Origin: Candidatus Woesebacteria bacterium GW2011_GWB1_39_10
GTDB taxonomy: Bacteria > Patescibacteriota > Microgenomatia > UBA8517
Length of the DNA: 64,000 nt
Assembly (NCBI GenBank): GCA_000993205.1
Contig: LBVU01000002.1
Span: 28,250-92,249, forward strand
Direction: 5' to 3'
The position numbers and the translations under genes were made by a program. This document shows, one piece after another, positions 1 through 9,802 of the stretch; the stretch's first letter is position 1; every line of letters starts with the position of its first letter. A model generated the notes under the pieces. That model saw nothing but the letters and a program-made list of their open reading frames with translations. It was not told the DNA's origin and ran no database searches.

Positions 1-1463
1 AGTTAATTAATGAGTTTTCCAAGAAGGGGCAGAGTCTTACTCTCTATAAATCTGGTGATTTTTCTGATCTTTGCCGAGGAGGGCATGTAGTCCACCCAAA
101 TCAAGAGATTGCACATTTCAAATTATTGTCCATCGCCGGCGCCTATTGGAGAGGCAATGAGAAGAATAAAATGCTTACGCGCATTTATGCCACGTGTTTT
201 CCGACAAAAGAAAAGCTGGAAAAATATCTTTTTCAACAAGATGAAGCTAAAAAGAGAGATCACAGAAAATTAGGCAAGGAAATGGGTTTGTTTACAATTA
301 ATGATCAGGTTGGACAAGGTCTTACCATTTGGTTACCAAATGGTTCAACCATAAGACGCGAGATAGAAAACTTCATGGTCGCCGAACAAGAAAAGCTTGG
401 TTACAAGCACGTTTATAGTCCCCACATTGGCCAAAAATCGCTTTGGGAAAAAAGCGGACACTGGGCCCTTTATAGAGAAAAAATGTATTCACCAATGGAT
501 GTTGATGGAACGGAGTATCTTGTTAAACCAATGACATGCCCAATGCACATTCAAACATATCAATTTAAATCAAGATCTTACAGGGAGCTACCGCTAAAAA
601 TTGCCGAAATAGCATCTGTTTACAGATACGAAAAATCAGGAGAACTGAATGGACTTCTGAGAGTTCGGGCATTTACTCAGGATGATGCGCATATTTTTTG
701 CACACCTGAACAGGCAGTTGATGAATTCATTTCGGTCTTTAAATTAATTCAGAAAATATATATGACTTTTGGGTTTACTGATTACAAAGTTCGTCTTGGA
801 GTTAGATCAAAGAAAGAAAAATACCTTGGAAACGATTCTCTATGGAAAGGGGCTGAAAAGAAGGCAGTTGAGGCATTAAAGAAAGTTGGATCTGACTACT
901 TTGTATCTGAGGGCGATGCCGCCTTTTATGGTCCCAAGGCTGATTTTCTAATTAAGGATGCATTAGGACGTGAATGGCAATGTGGTACCGTTCAAGTTGA
1001 TTTCATGTTACCCGAACGATTCGGCCTCAAATATATTGACCAAGATGGTAAAGAGAAAACACCTGTTATGGTTCATAGGGCACCACTGGGTTCAATCGAA
1101 AGATTCTTGGCGATTCTTATTGAAAATTATGCCGGTAATTTTCCAACTTGGCTAACACCAGTTCAGGTAAAAATTTTGCCAATTTCTGAAAAACATCTTG
1201 GTTATGCAAGGACAGTCCTTGCTAGGCTCAAAGAAAGCGGAATTCGCGTTGAACTTGACGACAGAAACGAGAGATTGCAGGCAAAAATCCGCGATTCCCA
1301 AATGGAGAAAGTTGCCTATATGTTAATTGTGGGAGACAAAGAAATGGAAAACGATTTAGTTGCACCAAGAAGTAGAACCGGTAAAAATTTTGGTACTCAG
1401 AAATTGGATAAATTTGTCAGAAATATTTTAGATGAGATTAAAAACAAAAAATCTGAAGTGTAA
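1..1463 (+). CDS. thrS: Threonyl-tRNA synthetase, 5'-truncated by the window edge (frame is open from nt 3).
   Basis: The upstream in-frame translation reads ...DLCRGGHVVHPNQEIAHFKLLSIAGAYWRG, which matches the ThrRS catalytic core. The C-terminal anticodon-binding region is present. Confidence 0.9.
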   Translation, partial: LINEFSKKGQSLTLYKSGDFSDLCRGGHVVHPNQEIAHFKLLSIAGAYWRGNEKNKMLTRIYATCFPTKEKLEKYLFQQDEAKKRDHRKLGKEMGLFTINDQVGQGLTIWLPNGSTIRREIENFMVAEQEKLGYKHVYSPHIGQKSLWEKSGHWALYREKMYSPMDVDGTEYLVKPMTCPMHIQTYQFKSRSYRELPLKIAEIASVYRYEKSGELNGLLRVRAFTQDDAHIFCTPEQAVDEFISVFKLIQKIYMTFGFTDYKVRLGVRSKKEKYLGNDSLWKGAEKKAVEALKKVGSDYFVSEGDAAFYGPKADFLIKDALGREWQCGTVQVDFMLPERFGLKYIDQDGKEKTPVMVHRAPLGSIERFLAILIENYAGNFPTWLTPVQVKILPISEKHLGYARTVLARLKESGIRVELDDRNERLQAKIRDSQMEKVAYMLIVGDKEMENDLVAPRSRTGKNFGTQKLDKFVRNILDEIKNKKSEV

Positions 1464-1568
1464 CAACCCCCAAGGTTCTTCAAAAATGGATGGGAAAGGA
1501 AAAGATTGAAATTAAGTAAGTTTGACAGAAACTGAAGTCGGCCGTAAACTACATCATAATCAAAATAT

Positions 1569-3020
1569 ATGGCAACTTTTGGAGCGGAAATTGAGAAACC
1601 TATATCAGATATAGCTTCTGGTTTACCTCGTGGAATTTCTCAAAAATCATTTACAAGAATTTCAGCAAGTTATAAGAATGGAGAACTGGACTACAGCGAC
1701 ATCCAACCCGAAACGGCAATTGCAGTAAACGCACCAGAGATTGGGCACATAGGTCTAGATAATGGTTTTAATCTCCAAGAAACTTCTACACGTGTTACCA
1801 GGAACTTGGGAGAACTTGAGGCCATCTTAAAAACCGATTTAAAGACCTTACAAAATGTTTTAGCTGAAGAAGGAGCGACTGTTATAAATCTTTCGATTCA
1901 TCCCTTGGGAAAAACTGATTCAGCTACTCATAAAGTTTTTGTTGCGCCAAAAGGTGTTTATAAATATATTGCTCTGAGAGGTTGGGATCACGCTGCAGGA
2001 ATTGACGCTAAAGCACAGAATAGTCCATCAACTGGTGTCGAGCCACAAAACGCAGCAAAAGCTCTCACCGCAGTAATTGGCGCCTCCGCAGCAATGATAG
2101 GACTTTTTGCAAACAGCCCATTCGAGGAAGGTCAAGTAAGCCCATTTAAGGAGACTAGATTAAAAATGTGGGATAGGTTTATGAAAAATTCTACATCGGA
2201 AGGTGATAGGTTAACTGCTAAATTTCCCGAAAAACCATTCTTTACACTAAAAGATTATTTTACTTGGATGTTTGGTCCCGGAACTAATATGCATTTTGTA
2301 ATAGCTTCGGGTGGAAACTACAAAACATTCGGGGATGCAGCAATTATAATTAACGACAATCCATCTGTTTTGAGTTATTTATCAATGGGAAAAGCAGAAG
2401 GGAAATTCTTAAATTCAGGCCAAAAAATTACTATTATACCAGACCTAAAACATATGGAGGCGCTTCAATTTGCACAATTTACCAGTGCAAGAATTAGATG
2501 GCATTTTGATTCATTAAAGGTGAATAAACAGGAATTCCTTAATGCATATAAGAATGATTCTCTTGAGGAATTGTTTACAAACGGCTCGGTTTCTGACATT
2601 TACATTGAAGGTAGAGACCCGGGAGCAAATTTTCCTGATACACATCTAAACTCACTTGGTAATGAATTATCCTGGTCAACTATTATGGCGCCAAGCGCAA
2701 TTCAATCAGGAATAATTAACAATTTAGACGAGGCGCTTCAATATCTCAGAACTTTTAAGTGGCAACATCTTAATCTTTTGAGAGAAGCCGCAATTAAGGA
2801 CGGGTTGCACGGTGAGGTGGGTGGTGTAAAGGTTTTTGAGTTCACAAAAAAAGTTCTTGAAATTTCAGCAAAGGGACTTCCTGTAGGGCAACAAAAATTA
2901 CTAGCGTATCCTGTCCATGTCTTACAAACAAAACAAAACGGAGCGGATAGAGCGCTTGTAGATTATTCCAAAGGAAAATCAATTAAGGATATTGTAAAAT
3001 CAAGAAATGTCTCCGTCTAG
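1569..3020 (+). CDS. Carboxylate-amine ligase of the glutamate-cysteine ligase (GCS/GshA)-like family.
   Basis: The 483-aa protein carries GAEIE near its N-terminus and IHPLG motifs that resemble GCS2/GshA-type ligases. The assignment rests on remembered motifs only. Confidence 0.35.
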   Translation: MATFGAEIEKPISDIASGLPRGISQKSFTRISASYKNGELDYSDIQPETAIAVNAPEIGHIGLDNGFNLQETSTRVTRNLGELEAILKTDLKTLQNVLAEEGATVINLSIHPLGKTDSATHKVFVAPKGVYKYIALRGWDHAAGIDAKAQNSPSTGVEPQNAAKALTAVIGASAAMIGLFANSPFEEGQVSPFKETRLKMWDRFMKNSTSEGDRLTAKFPEKPFFTLKDYFTWMFGPGTNMHFVIASGGNYKTFGDAAIIINDNPSVLSYLSMGKAEGKFLNSGQKITIIPDLKHMEALQFAQFTSARIRWHFDSLKVNKQEFLNAYKNDSLEELFTNGSVSDIYIEGRDPGANFPDTHLNSLGNELSWSTIMAPSAIQSGIINNLDEALQYLRTFKWQHLNLLREAAIKDGLHGEVGGVKVFEFTKKVLEISAKGLPVGQQKLLAYPVHVLQTKQNGADRALVDYSKGKSIKDIVKSRNVSV

Positions 3021-4143
3021 CAAACCTATCGTCATTAAAAAAATAGAAGTAAGACTTTTACGATTGCCTTTAATTACGACCTTCACAACGGGATTTGGAA
3101 CAATCAATTACAAAGAAACAGTTGTGGTCAGGCTTGAAGATTCCGACGGAGTAGTTGGTTGGGGTGAAGGGGCTGCTTTATCTTTTCCGAATTACTCCCC
3201 CGAAACTGCCATTACAACATATTTAGGACTTAAAGAATATTTATTACCATCGATTGTCGGAAAGCGTATTTCTGGTCCTGAAGGTCTCGATAATTTATAT
3301 TCACAAGTAAAAGGTTACCATTTTGCCAAAACAGCAATTGACTGTGCGATGTGGATGATTTGTTCAATCAAGTCCCAACAATCATTGAAACAGCTTCTTG
3401 GAGGAAAAAGTGAGAGTGTCGCTATTGGCGAAAGTATCGGAATTAAAAATTCCATCGATGAAACTTTGGAAGAAATTTCATTAAGACTGGACCAGGGATA
3501 TCAAAGAATAAAAATTAAAATTAAACCTGGCTGGGATGTCGAGCTCGTTAGAAAAGTTAGAGCAAAATTTAGTGACATTCCCTTGATGGTGGATGCCAAC
3601 TCTTCTTATTCATTAAATGATGTTCCCATATTTAAAAAACTTGATAAATTTAACTTAATGATGATTGAACAACCGTTAGGTGATACCGATATTGTTGACC
3701 ACTCGTTTTTGCAAAAAGAAATTACAACCCCTATTTGCCTTGATGAAAGCATTCTGTCAGTGGAGGATGCCAGGAAGGCTATAAAAATAGGGGCATGTAA
3801 AATAATAAATATTAAGCCCGGACGTGTTGGCGGGATTTCAGAATCTAAAAAAATCCACGATTTTTGCCAAGATAATAATATCGGCGTATGGTGCGGTGGA
3901 CTATTAGAAACTGGGATCGGTCGCGCCTTTAATATCGCACTTTCTTCCCTTCCGGGTTTTAAATATCCTGCAGACATGTCTCCGAGTTCGTTTTTTTATA
4001 AAGAAGACTTAATCGATCCAACATACGAAGTGGATAAAAACGGATATATTGCAATACCAACAGCTACAGGTCTTGGCTACAATCTTGAAATGAAACGTAT
4101 TAATAAATATACAAAACAAAAATACAATACAAGGGCATATTGA
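3007..4143 (+). CDS. Enolase-superfamily MR/MLE enzyme, likely an o-succinylbenzoate synthase / N-succinylamino-acid racemase / dipeptide epimerase.
   Basis: It has the KIKIKPG K-x-K catalytic motif, the MVDANSSY metal-ligand region and a length typical of OSBS/NSAR. It overlaps the upstream ligase gene by 14 nt. Confidence 0.65.
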   Translation: MSPSSKPIVIKKIEVRLLRLPLITTFTTGFGTINYKETVVVRLEDSDGVVGWGEGAALSFPNYSPETAITTYLGLKEYLLPSIVGKRISGPEGLDNLYSQVKGYHFAKTAIDCAMWMICSIKSQQSLKQLLGGKSESVAIGESIGIKNSIDETLEEISLRLDQGYQRIKIKIKPGWDVELVRKVRAKFSDIPLMVDANSSYSLNDVPIFKKLDKFNLMMIEQPLGDTDIVDHSFLQKEITTPICLDESILSVEDARKAIKIGACKIINIKPGRVGGISESKKIHDFCQDNNIGVWCGGLLETGIGRAFNIALSSLPGFKYPADMSPSSFFYKEDLIDPTYEVDKNGYIAIPTATGLGYNLEMKRINKYTKQKYNTRAY

Positions 4144-4178
4144 CATTAAAATTTATTTTTGTTAGTCTCCTCTAAACA

Positions 4179-5390
4179 ATGAATGCTGAAAATAAAAAGA
4201 GTGAGGGTTATGTAGCCACTGGTTTGCCAGTTGAATATAGAGGAGAATATGGGCAAATTATAGACTTAGGTCTTGCAGCAAATCCCAGTGGCGCAGCATT
4301 CGATGCTAAGAAATTAGCCGATCTAACTTCTACAAAACAAATCGCAGAATATGATGAAGATGTCCACCATTCGGACATTAAAGACCTGTTAATCGAAGGA
4401 ATTGGTCTTAAAAATATAGGAAACGAATCCGTCATTTTTCATCCAAACGGCAGTTACGGAGCGGGTGATGAGGTTATAAGGGCTTTATCAAACCATTCTC
4501 ACCAACAAGGAAAAACGTTAACGGTTTATGTTCCAACTTATTCTTTTCCGAATGTTGAACAATATGCCGCGCGTAATAATGCCAGGTATGTACCGGTAAT
4601 TTCCGATAAGTCGTTTTTGCAAAGCGATTCTCTTAATGCCGTTCTAGACATGAAAAGTAATCAGTTATCGGGAAATGTTGTTTATGTTGACTATCCAAAT
4701 AACCCCTCAGGCGTTGCGAACAAAGATCTTTTACGAAAAGTTGTAAACCATGTAAGTTTCCACGGAGGAATACCTTTTGTTGATTTGGCGTTTGGTGAAG
4801 TTTTAGGCGATGAATTTAAAGACGGTATTCAATATACGATAGATCGTGGAGGTGTGTGCGTGGGTTCATTAACCAAAACACAGGGCCTGGCTGCTCTACG
4901 TGCAGGTTATATTCTTATGAACCCGGGATTGTCTAAAAACCTATATAGTAAAGGCGAAAAACTTGTATTTGGTCTTCCAGCCCATGTTAAAAATGCCTAC
5001 ACATTGTTGTTCACGGGTTCTGAAGGAAAAACTCTCGCTAGGGCACAAGCTCTTAAGGCGATTAATTATAATCACCAGACAAATAGCAAACTTTATGAAG
5101 CTTTAACAAATTTAGGTCTAAAAATAGCGCCTACTATTTACGAAACCCCCGTGCAAATCGTGGCAAATGCCAACGACGACCTCTTCACCAGGCTTGCATG
5201 TGTAGGAATTAAAAGCGAAAGTTTGAACGAGTATTCTAATACTTTGGGCAAAGAGGCCTCAAAAGGATATGGAAACCAAGCTGTTAGAATATTGACCCCA
5301 AGAGTGGGAATGCTTGAAGAAACAATTAAAAGATTTCGTGTTGCAATGCAATTAACAGACAACCATATTCAATCAAAGGCCAAGAAATAA
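4179..5390 (+). CDS. PLP-dependent class I/II aminotransferase.
   Basis: It carries the YVDYPNNPSGV motif (the NPxNPTG-like aminotransferase signature), is 403 aa long, and has a likely PLP-lysine region around SLTKTQG. Confidence 0.6.
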   Translation: MNAENKKSEGYVATGLPVEYRGEYGQIIDLGLAANPSGAAFDAKKLADLTSTKQIAEYDEDVHHSDIKDLLIEGIGLKNIGNESVIFHPNGSYGAGDEVIRALSNHSHQQGKTLTVYVPTYSFPNVEQYAARNNARYVPVISDKSFLQSDSLNAVLDMKSNQLSGNVVYVDYPNNPSGVANKDLLRKVVNHVSFHGGIPFVDLAFGEVLGDEFKDGIQYTIDRGGVCVGSLTKTQGLAALRAGYILMNPGLSKNLYSKGEKLVFGLPAHVKNAYTLLFTGSEGKTLARAQALKAINYNHQTNSKLYEALTNLGLKIAPTIYETPVQIVANANDDLFTRLACVGIKSESLNEYSNTLGKEASKGYGNQAVRILTPRVGMLEETIKRFRVAMQLTDNHIQSKAKK

Positions 5391-5395
5391 ACACC

Positions 5396-6472
5396 ATGGA
5401 GAGAAAATATTTTAAAGAAAAATTAACTGAACTTGTAGCCATCCCGACTATCAGAGAAAAAGAGATGCTAAAAGAAAGTTCCGAAGCTTTAGATCTCATA
5501 GAAAGTTGGGCCGACTCCGCATTGTCAAAAAGGCGTATTAAAAATGGAAAAACTGAAATTTTACTTTTAGGAAACGGAAATTTACTAAACCCAGATATCG
5601 GTTATTTAGCACACGTGGATGTAGTCGATGCCGACAAAGAAATGTTTAAAATGACCGAGACTGATGGAAAATTTTATGGACGAGGAGTAAGCGATATGAA
5701 ATTTTCGATACCTATTGGAATTGAAATACTAAACAAATTAGCCAAAGATAAAGGCGCTCCAGTTATGACTCTCGCCATAACAACAGACGAGGAAGTCGGA
5801 GGCGGGGATGGAGGAAATTATTTAGCAAATGAAATTAAATTTATTCCTGAAGTTCTTATAGTACCGGACGGAGGAGATGATTTTGTTTTTGTTAATAAAT
5901 CTAAAGGTAAGGCAACTCACGCCTCAACTCCTTGGCTTGGAAAAAATGCATTAACGCCATTAATCAAAATAGCAAGTGGGCTGGGCGCGATATATGATCA
6001 GAATTCTGCATCACCCAATTGGGAAACCACGATGAATTTGGGAGTACTCCAAGGTGGCAAATCGACCAATCAGGTTTGTGACGAAGCTACTCTCAAATTG
6101 GATTTTAGATTTCCCGAGACCAGAAGTGCTAACGAAATATTGGAAGAGGTAAGAAAAGCTTCTGAAAAAATTGATCCCAATCTTTCCATTAAACTTGGTG
6201 CCCAAGGTGACCCAATATATACAGACATAAAAAATCTTGAAGTGACAAGATTTTTAAAAATAGCTAGAGATGTTCTCGGCAGAAATATAAAAATTGAAGG
6301 AGAAAACGGAGCATCTGACGCTAGATACTGGGCCAAGTATAATATTCCTATAATAATGAAGCCGAATGGAGGAGGTATACATAGTGACAAAGAGTGGATC
6401 GATGTTGAATCTTGTCTAACGTATTATGAAATATTATCAAAGTATGTAAACGAATTCACTAGTATAATTTGA
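5396..6472 (+). CDS. M20 family metallopeptidase / deacylase (ArgE/DapE-like).
   Basis: It has the M20 metal-ligand motifs HVDVV, GRGVSDMK and TTDEEVGG. A paralogue sits at 12196..13356. Confidence 0.7.
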   Translation: MERKYFKEKLTELVAIPTIREKEMLKESSEALDLIESWADSALSKRRIKNGKTEILLLGNGNLLNPDIGYLAHVDVVDADKEMFKMTETDGKFYGRGVSDMKFSIPIGIEILNKLAKDKGAPVMTLAITTDEEVGGGDGGNYLANEIKFIPEVLIVPDGGDDFVFVNKSKGKATHASTPWLGKNALTPLIKIASGLGAIYDQNSASPNWETTMNLGVLQGGKSTNQVCDEATLKLDFRFPETRSANEILEEVRKASEKIDPNLSIKLGAQGDPIYTDIKNLEVTRFLKIARDVLGRNIKIEGENGASDARYWAKYNIPIIMKPNGGGIHSDKEWIDVESCLTYYEILSKYVNEFTSII

Positions 6473-6595
6473 CAAGAGATAATCTAATGTTAGAATACCA
6501 ATTAGTATGAATCCTAAAGATTTCGCATTCAAATTTTTCTTTATTGAAAAGGAGCTTAAATAAAGCGCCACAGGGCACTTTTTTTTATTTATAAA

Positions 6596-8113
6596 ATGGA
6601 AAGATTTTTACCTGCAAACAAAGATAAAGAACAAGCTCGAGTTTTGCAATATTTTATTGACCCTCAAAATCCCAACATGCAGTATAAACAATTTGCGAGA
6701 AACTTGACGTCAATGTTTTTGGGAGCAAACCCTTCAGCTGAACAACAAAAAATCGCCAGACAACTCATGGGGATTTTTGATGAAGTAAAAGACGCAAGAC
6801 AATTTAATGAAACATATATCGGACACATGCTGTCTGAGGCATCAATTCCTGGAATGTGGGGTTATATGCTTGCTACAAGACTTGGGAGCAATACCGTAGC
6901 CCGTGAAGTTTCTGAATTGGAATCAAGACTGGAACCGGAAGCTATTCGAGGATTGATGAAAATGGTTGGCTATGACCAAAACGAAGCAAGTGGAACTTTT
7001 ACTTCGGGAGGCTCAATTGCAGTTTTTACTGCAATTGATGTTGCAGTCAAAAGAATAAAAAGACAATTCGACGAGGCGGAAAAACAAATAGACAAACCAT
7101 TGGTAATTTTATACAACAAATTTGCCCATTATAGTTTTCATAAAGCTGTAGATGCCTTGGGCGGGCCAGCTAGAATGATCGAAAAAATGGAGGTAGAATC
7201 TCCCGGTTTCAGAATGAATCCTCGCGATCTTGAAAAAAAGATCGAACAGAGTTTGAAAGAAGGCAAGATCGTCGCAGCCGTGTTTGCTATTGCCGGGGAA
7301 ACAGAAACCGGAATCGTCGATGATCTAACCCAAATATCAAAGATATCAAAAAAACATGGCATTTTTACTATTGCCGACGGAGCTTACGGAGCACCATACA
7401 GATTGTCTCGCAAAAGTTCACTTTTCAAATCCTTAAACGAATATGATGCAATCACTATCGATGGCCACAAGGCACTTTACACACCCTATTCAAATGGGGC
7501 AGTACTTTTTAAAGATAAACACAACCACGTTCTTCTAAATCTGGGGGTCAAAGCGCCATACGTTAAGTTTGAAGAAAAAGAAGAGGCAATTTTAAGAAAT
7601 TTATCTTATAAAAATCTCGGGTTTAGTCTTGGAGAAAAAAGATTCGAAGGATCAGGTGGAGCTGGGTCAATCCTTTCAACTGTAGCAGTATTGAGAACTC
7701 TAGGGCTTGAAGGGCTGACCACCGTCTACGACATCACGCTAGATAGAATCGAATATTTGAATGACAGATTGAATCGTTCTAAAATACTAATGCCCATACA
7801 TGAACCAGATGTAAATTTGCAGTGCTTTAGAATTAGACCAGATGTTGAACACTTGTTCGGTGTAAACGATAACAGTCGAAGATCAGATATTGTTGAAAAA
7901 AGTAGAATCGATGATGTAGATAAAGGGTTGAGAGGCAAAGGCGGGTTTTTCTTCTCTTCAACAGATTTTGATCTTCCCAATTATTATGGAAAAATTGAGC
8001 AAACTGCGGTTTGGAGAGCTTGTCTTATGAATCCAAGAACTTCTAACAAAATATTGGACCAGGCCGTAGCCGAACTTGAAAGTTCAGTTCTTAAAAGATT
8101 AGGGTCAAAATAG
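6596..8113 (+). CDS. PLP-dependent group II amino-acid decarboxylase.
   Basis: It has the TSGGSIAV motif and DGHKALYTPY (the S-x-HK PLP-lysine motif), and its 505 aa fit the GAD/MfnA/TyrDC family. Confidence 0.65.
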   Translation: MERFLPANKDKEQARVLQYFIDPQNPNMQYKQFARNLTSMFLGANPSAEQQKIARQLMGIFDEVKDARQFNETYIGHMLSEASIPGMWGYMLATRLGSNTVAREVSELESRLEPEAIRGLMKMVGYDQNEASGTFTSGGSIAVFTAIDVAVKRIKRQFDEAEKQIDKPLVILYNKFAHYSFHKAVDALGGPARMIEKMEVESPGFRMNPRDLEKKIEQSLKEGKIVAAVFAIAGETETGIVDDLTQISKISKKHGIFTIADGAYGAPYRLSRKSSLFKSLNEYDAITIDGHKALYTPYSNGAVLFKDKHNHVLLNLGVKAPYVKFEEKEEAILRNLSYKNLGFSLGEKRFEGSGGAGSILSTVAVLRTLGLEGLTTVYDITLDRIEYLNDRLNRSKILMPIHEPDVNLQCFRIRPDVEHLFGVNDNSRRSDIVEKSRIDDVDKGLRGKGGFFFSSTDFDLPNYYGKIEQTAVWRACLMNPRTSNKILDQAVAELESSVLKRLGSK

Positions 8114-8238
8114 TTGACAACGTCTTTAAAAAAAACTAAGCTATACGTAATGACTTTGATTTCTAACAGATTTTTCTTTTTTACCTTCCTTTCAACGGGA
8201 GGTAATCTTATGTAGCTAAAAAACAAAGCAAATAAGGG

Positions 8239-8262
8239 ACCTCCCCAAAAGGGAGGTTTTTT
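8239..8262 (+). terminator. Rho-independent terminator.
   Basis: CCTCCC / GGGAGG stem, loop CAAAA, followed by TTTTTTG. It lies downstream of the decarboxylase gene. Confidence 0.5.
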
Positions 8263-8286
8263 GTTGGTTAGAAAGGAGACAAAAAC

Positions 8287-8463
8287 ATGCGCGAAACAGA
8301 AATACAAAATACAACTGCATCTAAAGTTGTAACAACTGTAGATGCCGTCATCCACGATGCAATTAAAACCAGTCCTCCTATTGATAAAAAAAGAGGAGAT
8401 CTTATTCGCGGAGAAACATATTATTTAACCGGAGGCGACCCAGATAAAAGAAATCAAATATAG
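8287..8463 (+). CDS. Small hypothetical ORF of 58 aa.
   Basis: It has a good SD (AGGAGA, 7 nt upstream of ATG) and translates as MRETEIQNTTASKVV.... There is no recognisable family. Confidence 0.2.
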   Translation: MRETEIQNTTASKVVTTVDAVIHDAIKTSPPIDKKRGDLIRGETYYLTGGDPDKRNQI

Positions 8464-9074
8464 TTTGCCGGAACGATAATTGGCAAAACTCTCACATCAC
8501 TATTGCTAGTTTTTCCCGGTCTATAGGCCACCAATGGTAAACCATTAAAAGACCTACCTACATACAAATAATTTTCACCAGGACCAATTGTTGTGGTGGA
8601 TGCGTTATCGTAGCTTCCGGCTCTTCTAAAAAAACTCATATTTGTTTTTGAGGTGTAACCACAATCAAGGTCTAAGTAATCCAACGCCGTCCCAATAATT
8701 GCTTTTACACCAGGAATGATCTGAGAAAGTGACTGGCTGTATTTCTTCGTCATTTCCTGTTGCCCCTGAAGCGTCAAACCACCCGAACCGGGAAGAAATA
8801 AATCATCAACATTAATAGCGACCTCTGACGCTTTACATCGCTCATTTTCAATTTCAAGTCCATTGTGCCAATTAGACCAAAAACCTACACCATTCATTTT
8901 CAATGATGCAACTGATTCGCCTCTGAGCTCGAAAATTTGAAAACCTCGCTTTTCTAATTCAATTCGTTGTTCGGAAGAAAACCTTGTAATTGCAAATACC
9001 TCCCGGCCTGATAAAATATCCTTCATGTTGATACTATAACATGGCATGTCAATCTGGGAAAACAATATAGTCAT
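8454..9074 (-). CDS. Hypothetical protein.
   Basis: A 206-aa ORF with no recognisable motifs. It is divergent from the 9046..9456 ORF. Confidence 0.4.
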   Translation of the reverse strand: MTILFSQIDMPCYSINMKDILSGREVFAITRFSSEQRIELEKRGFQIFELRGESVASLKMNGVGFWSNWHNGLEIENERCKASEVAINVDDLFLPGSGGLTLQGQQEMTKKYSQSLSQIIPGVKAIIGTALDYLDLDCGYTSKTNMSFFRRAGSYDNASTTTIGPGENYLYVGRSFNGLPLVAYRPGKTSNSDVRVLPIIVPANYI

Positions 9075-9456
9075 GGAACGTCACAGTGAGGGAAAAAGGA
9101 TTATCACAAGATTAAACAGCAACCAAAATCTTATCGAGATTGGTGAACCTGGCAACTGTCGAATATGGACAACTTTGGCATTTAAAATAGTCCGATCAGC
9201 GTTTCCAAACACACAACTCGAAGCCAGAGAAGTGGATATTTCCGAATACCTACAACACACTTTTTTAAAAATCACACCTATCAATGAAGAGCCTCTTTTG
9301 TGTGATGGACTGGGGCAGAAAAACATCCTCCTTTTTTTTGATTACGAATCCGAAGCTCCAAAACATCTTCAAAATAGTCGCATGGATATACTTAACAGTT
9401 ATTTAAAATTTGACAACTCCAAATTCCGTGATAATATACATTTGTTAACATCGTAA
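9046..9456 (+). CDS. Hypothetical protein; the alternative start is at 9073.
   Basis: A 136-aa ORF with no recognisable motifs. Confidence 0.3.
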   Translation: MSIWENNIVMERHSEGKRIITRLNSNQNLIEIGEPGNCRIWTTLAFKIVRSAFPNTQLEAREVDISEYLQHTFLKITPINEEPLLCDGLGQKNILLFFDYESEAPKHLQNSRMDILNSYLKFDNSKFRDNIHLLTS

Positions 9457-9465
9457 AAGCTGTGA

Positions 9466-9781
9466 AGCAGTGAAGTAGTTAAGTTGAGTGGTAAATAGAG
9501 ACGAGGCGGTTGGTGCAAGACCTCGCAAGCTCAAATTAATGAATTACCCTGCAGAGCCGGTTCGACAAAATCGAGCCCGGGAGTGCCCGTAAACGCACTA
9601 GAGTCTGTTGGAAATCAAAGGACTTGAATAATGAGGGTTATCTCATAATTTCTAGTCCCGCGGAGCCTAAAGGCGAAGTGGGATTTTTTGTTGAGATAAC
9701 TAAAGAAGGGTGGTAACGCCTTTAAAGGGCCCCTTCAGTTTCTGAGATTTTGTCTCGGGAATTGGAGGGGCTTTTTTGTTT
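9466..9781 (+). promoter_or_regulatory. Candidate T-box riboswitch leader: Stem I with specifier loop, stem IIA/B-like pseudoknot, stem III, T-box sequence, antiterminator/terminator.
   Basis: Stem I pairs GCAG 9467-70 with CUGC 9549-52, UUGAG 9484-88 with CUCAA 9530-34, and CGAGG/CCUCG at the apex. The internal loop has AGUA on the 5' side and GAA on the 3' side. An AGAGA element lies at 9497-9501. An F-box-like CCGUAAA lies at 9587-93 inside a pseudoknot-capable CGGG AGUGC CCG UAAAC GCACU. Stem III pairs GUUAUCUC 9637-44 with GAGAUAAC 9693-9700. The T-box-like sequence AGAAGGGUGGUAACGCC at 9704-9720 forms an antiterminator (AAGGG/CCCUU with a 7-nt UGGUAAC bulge). That antiterminator is mutually exclusive with the terminator GCCCCUUC 9729-36 / GGAGGGGC 9764-71 plus U6 9772-77. 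SD GGGGGTG and the ATG at 9803 follow. Confidence 0.5.
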
Positions 9782-9802
9782 TCCCAAAAGGGGGTGATAA
9801 AC

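Noticed and set aside
970-1155. A 61-aa ORF on the plus strand inside thrS.
   Set aside because: It lies entirely within thrS in another frame and has no independent signals, so it is a spurious overlapping ORF.
9457-9790. tmRNA (ssrA) candidate, based on GGUUCGAC...CGUAAACGCACU similarity to Bacillus tmRNA and a frame ending in UAAUGA.
   Set aside because: No 5' acceptor strand (GGGG...), T-arm or CCA end could be found, and the putative tag ends in ...GLE. The region is better explained as a T-box leader with an F-box-like CCGUAAA pseudoknot and an antiterminator/terminator. It is kept as an open question in the findings.
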